Below, piece by piece: positions 34,730 through 36,047 of a DNA stretch of 36,047 bases. The position numbers and the translations under genes were made by a program. Position 1 is the stretch's first letter, and each line of letters opens with the position of its first letter. The notes beneath the pieces are model-generated. The model was not told the origin of the DNA, made no database searches, and was given only the letters and a program-made list of their open reading frames with translations. Source of the DNA: a virus (Duplodnaviria > Caudoviricetes); the IMG/VR virus record IMGVR_UViG_3300016666_000422, positions 1-36,047 of that record, one strand, 5' to 3'.

Positions 34730-35854
34730 TCACTTCAACGTCCGGGCGCCCAGATTTACGGGCGCCTTCAGGACAATTTCCAGCCACTGCCAGCTTGCAT
34801 AAGCGTCACCCCTTCCCCGCAAATGCGTGTAACGCCGCATTGAGTTCCAGTCTCGGTGCCCCGATACGCTGGCTACCCTCGGTATATCCCAATCCATTTC
34901 AAAAAGTCGGCTAACGCCTTCGTGACGCAGGTCGTGAAAGTGCAGGTCCTCAATCCCCAAGAACTTACAGGCACGCGTCCACGAAGCAGATATGGACTCG
35001 GCGTTGTAGGGGAATATTTCCTCTACTGCTTTTGGCATTGTCTTAATTATGGCCATTGCTTCGGGTGGCAAATGGCACCACACGTTGTTGCCAATTTTCT
35101 GCCCGGGATTTTTCATGTCCCGGACCAGGACACGGCTTCCCTCTTCGTCCAGGTCAGCCCATTTGATACGGGTGATCTCTTCTTGGCGGCGCGTCGAGAA
35201 TAACGCGAAGGCGGTCATCTTGAGCATGTTGATTGAGCTGGGACGGTAGGCAAGGATGCCTTGGAAGTGCGTCAGCAGCTTGTCCAGTTCATCCAGTGTC
35301 GGGCGTCTGTCGCGTTCACGGCTGCGCATGTTGTAACCCAGCTTGCGCAATACCTTGCGGGCATCACCCATCGCATTAGGATCGACCTCGTAGCCCCACG
35401 CCGGGCGAGCAATGGATAGCACAGCCCCAAGGTGAGCCAAATCATTGCCGGCCGTCTGAGGCAGCACCCCTCCACCTTCTGGCCCCATGCGCCAGACTGC
35501 ATACTCAACCAATACCTGGCAGTTCAAGTCCTGGTCATCAACCTGGCCCAAGTAGGATTCGCTGATAGCTTTGAGTGTGGCCAGTTTGGTTTTACCCATA
35601 GCGCGGGCTTTTTCCATTTCAACCATGTACCGCTCAATCATTTCCTTGACCGTAGCGCCTGTGCGGTTTGCCCGATCGATCGCGCCGGGCTGATCCAGCT
35701 CAGCTTCACGCTTGCGCACCCAGGCCTGGGCGGCCTGTTTACGGGCGAAAGTCTGGCTCTCTTGGTAGACTTGCGCCCCTTCACGCTTCACACGAATCTG
35801 AGCGGTATAACTTACCTTGCCGCTGGCGAGCTTTCTGGTTCTGATAGTTGCCAT
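34730..35854 (-). CDS. int: Tyrosine recombinase, dusA-associated integrase type
   Basis: Catalytic motifs TRRQEEI, RDMKNP, FHDLRHE, SGHRDW...RRY; start moved to ATG 35854; adjacent to dusA. Confidence 0.93.
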   Translation of the reverse strand: MATIRTRKLASGKVSYTAQIRVKREGAQVYQESQTFARKQAAQAWVRKREAELDQPGAIDRANRTGATVKEMIERYMVEMEKARAMGKTKLATLKAISESYLGQVDDQDLNCQVLVEYAVWRMGPEGGGVLPQTAGNDLAHLGAVLSIARPAWGYEVDPNAMGDARKVLRKLGYNMRSRERDRRPTLDELDKLLTHFQGILAYRPSSINMLKMTAFALFSTRRQEEITRIKWADLDEEGSRVLVRDMKNPGQKIGNNVWCHLPPEAMAIIKTMPKAVEEIFPYNAESISASWTRACKFLGIEDLHFHDLRHEGVSRLFEMDWDIPRVASVSGHRDWNSMRRYTHLRGRGDAYASWQWLEIVLKAPVNLGARTLK

Positions 35855-35861
35855 AGAAAAG

Positions 35862-35897
35862 TGGTACACGTCGGTTATGAGTTGGTACATTGTACCA
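35862..35897. repeat. Three TGGTACA units, two forming the palindrome TGGTACA-T-TGTACCA
   Basis: 35862-35868, 35883-35889 and inverted 35891-35897, between int and dusA. Confidence 0.65.
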
Positions 35898-35956
35898 CCG
35901 AGCCCATAAAAACGCCCTTTAACCCCCTAAAACACGCCTTAAACACGTAGAGCAAA

Positions 35957-36047
35957 ATGCTAGAAAAATCAGCTACAACCAACGAAAACAAAGGCTCTGC
36001 GGTGTCCAGACGCTTTAGCGTGGCCCCTATGATGGATTGGACAGATC
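35957..36047 (+). CDS. dusA: tRNA-dihydrouridine synthase A, 5' end (partial); integration target
   Basis: Manual translation MLEKSATTNENKGSAVSRRFSVAPMMDWTD; RFSVAPMMDWTD is the DusA N-terminal motif. Confidence 0.9.
   Translation, partial: MLEKSATTNENKGSAVSRRFSVAPMMDWTD

Larger units (their letters stand above)
21..36047. mobile_element. P2/phiCTX-like prophage integrated in dusA (left att not visible)
   Basis: Complete collinear P2 structural gene set, cos, ogr, repressor switch and integrase next to dusA. Confidence 0.93.

Noticed and set aside
1-36047. CRISPR array, tRNA/rRNA genes, diversity-generating retroelement
   Set aside because: No regularly spaced repeats, cloverleaf or rRNA-like sequence, reverse transcriptase or TR/VR pair seen by eye.

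Overview
Most of a P2/phiCTX-like (Peduoviridae-type) temperate prophage, probably from a Pseudomonas genome, integrated at the 5' end of dusA. Order: right edge dusA N-terminus <- tyrosine integrase; early module (XRE repressor / divergent cox-like gene, YmfL-like, ogr, a P4-alpha-like primase-helicase instead of P2 gpA, Arc/AmrZ-like and PrtN-like genes); an apparently complete, collinear P2 morphogenesis/lysis set (Q P O N M L X holin endolysin lysB lysC R S V W J I H G FI FII E/E' T U D) with three Ogr-type late-promoter boxes and the E/E' slippery site; and a P2-like cos near 1684-1709. Accessory cargo: (i) left of cos, an Mrr-nuclease-NACHT (bacterial NLR-like) gene absent from the ORF track and cut by an IS3-family (IS51-type) end at the window edge; (ii) between cos and portal, a Phd-VapC TA pair bracketed by a degenerate second cos copy, then an AT-rich operon of a TM protein, an unannotated 38-aa peptide and a hypothetical protein; (iii) between S and V, a secreted FxLYD-like protein, decayed ORFs and an AT-rich HEPN-like protein; (iv) in the early region, two small divergent ORFs with overlapping start codons that look paralogous. 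All calls are from motif recognition and synteny by eye, with no database searches.
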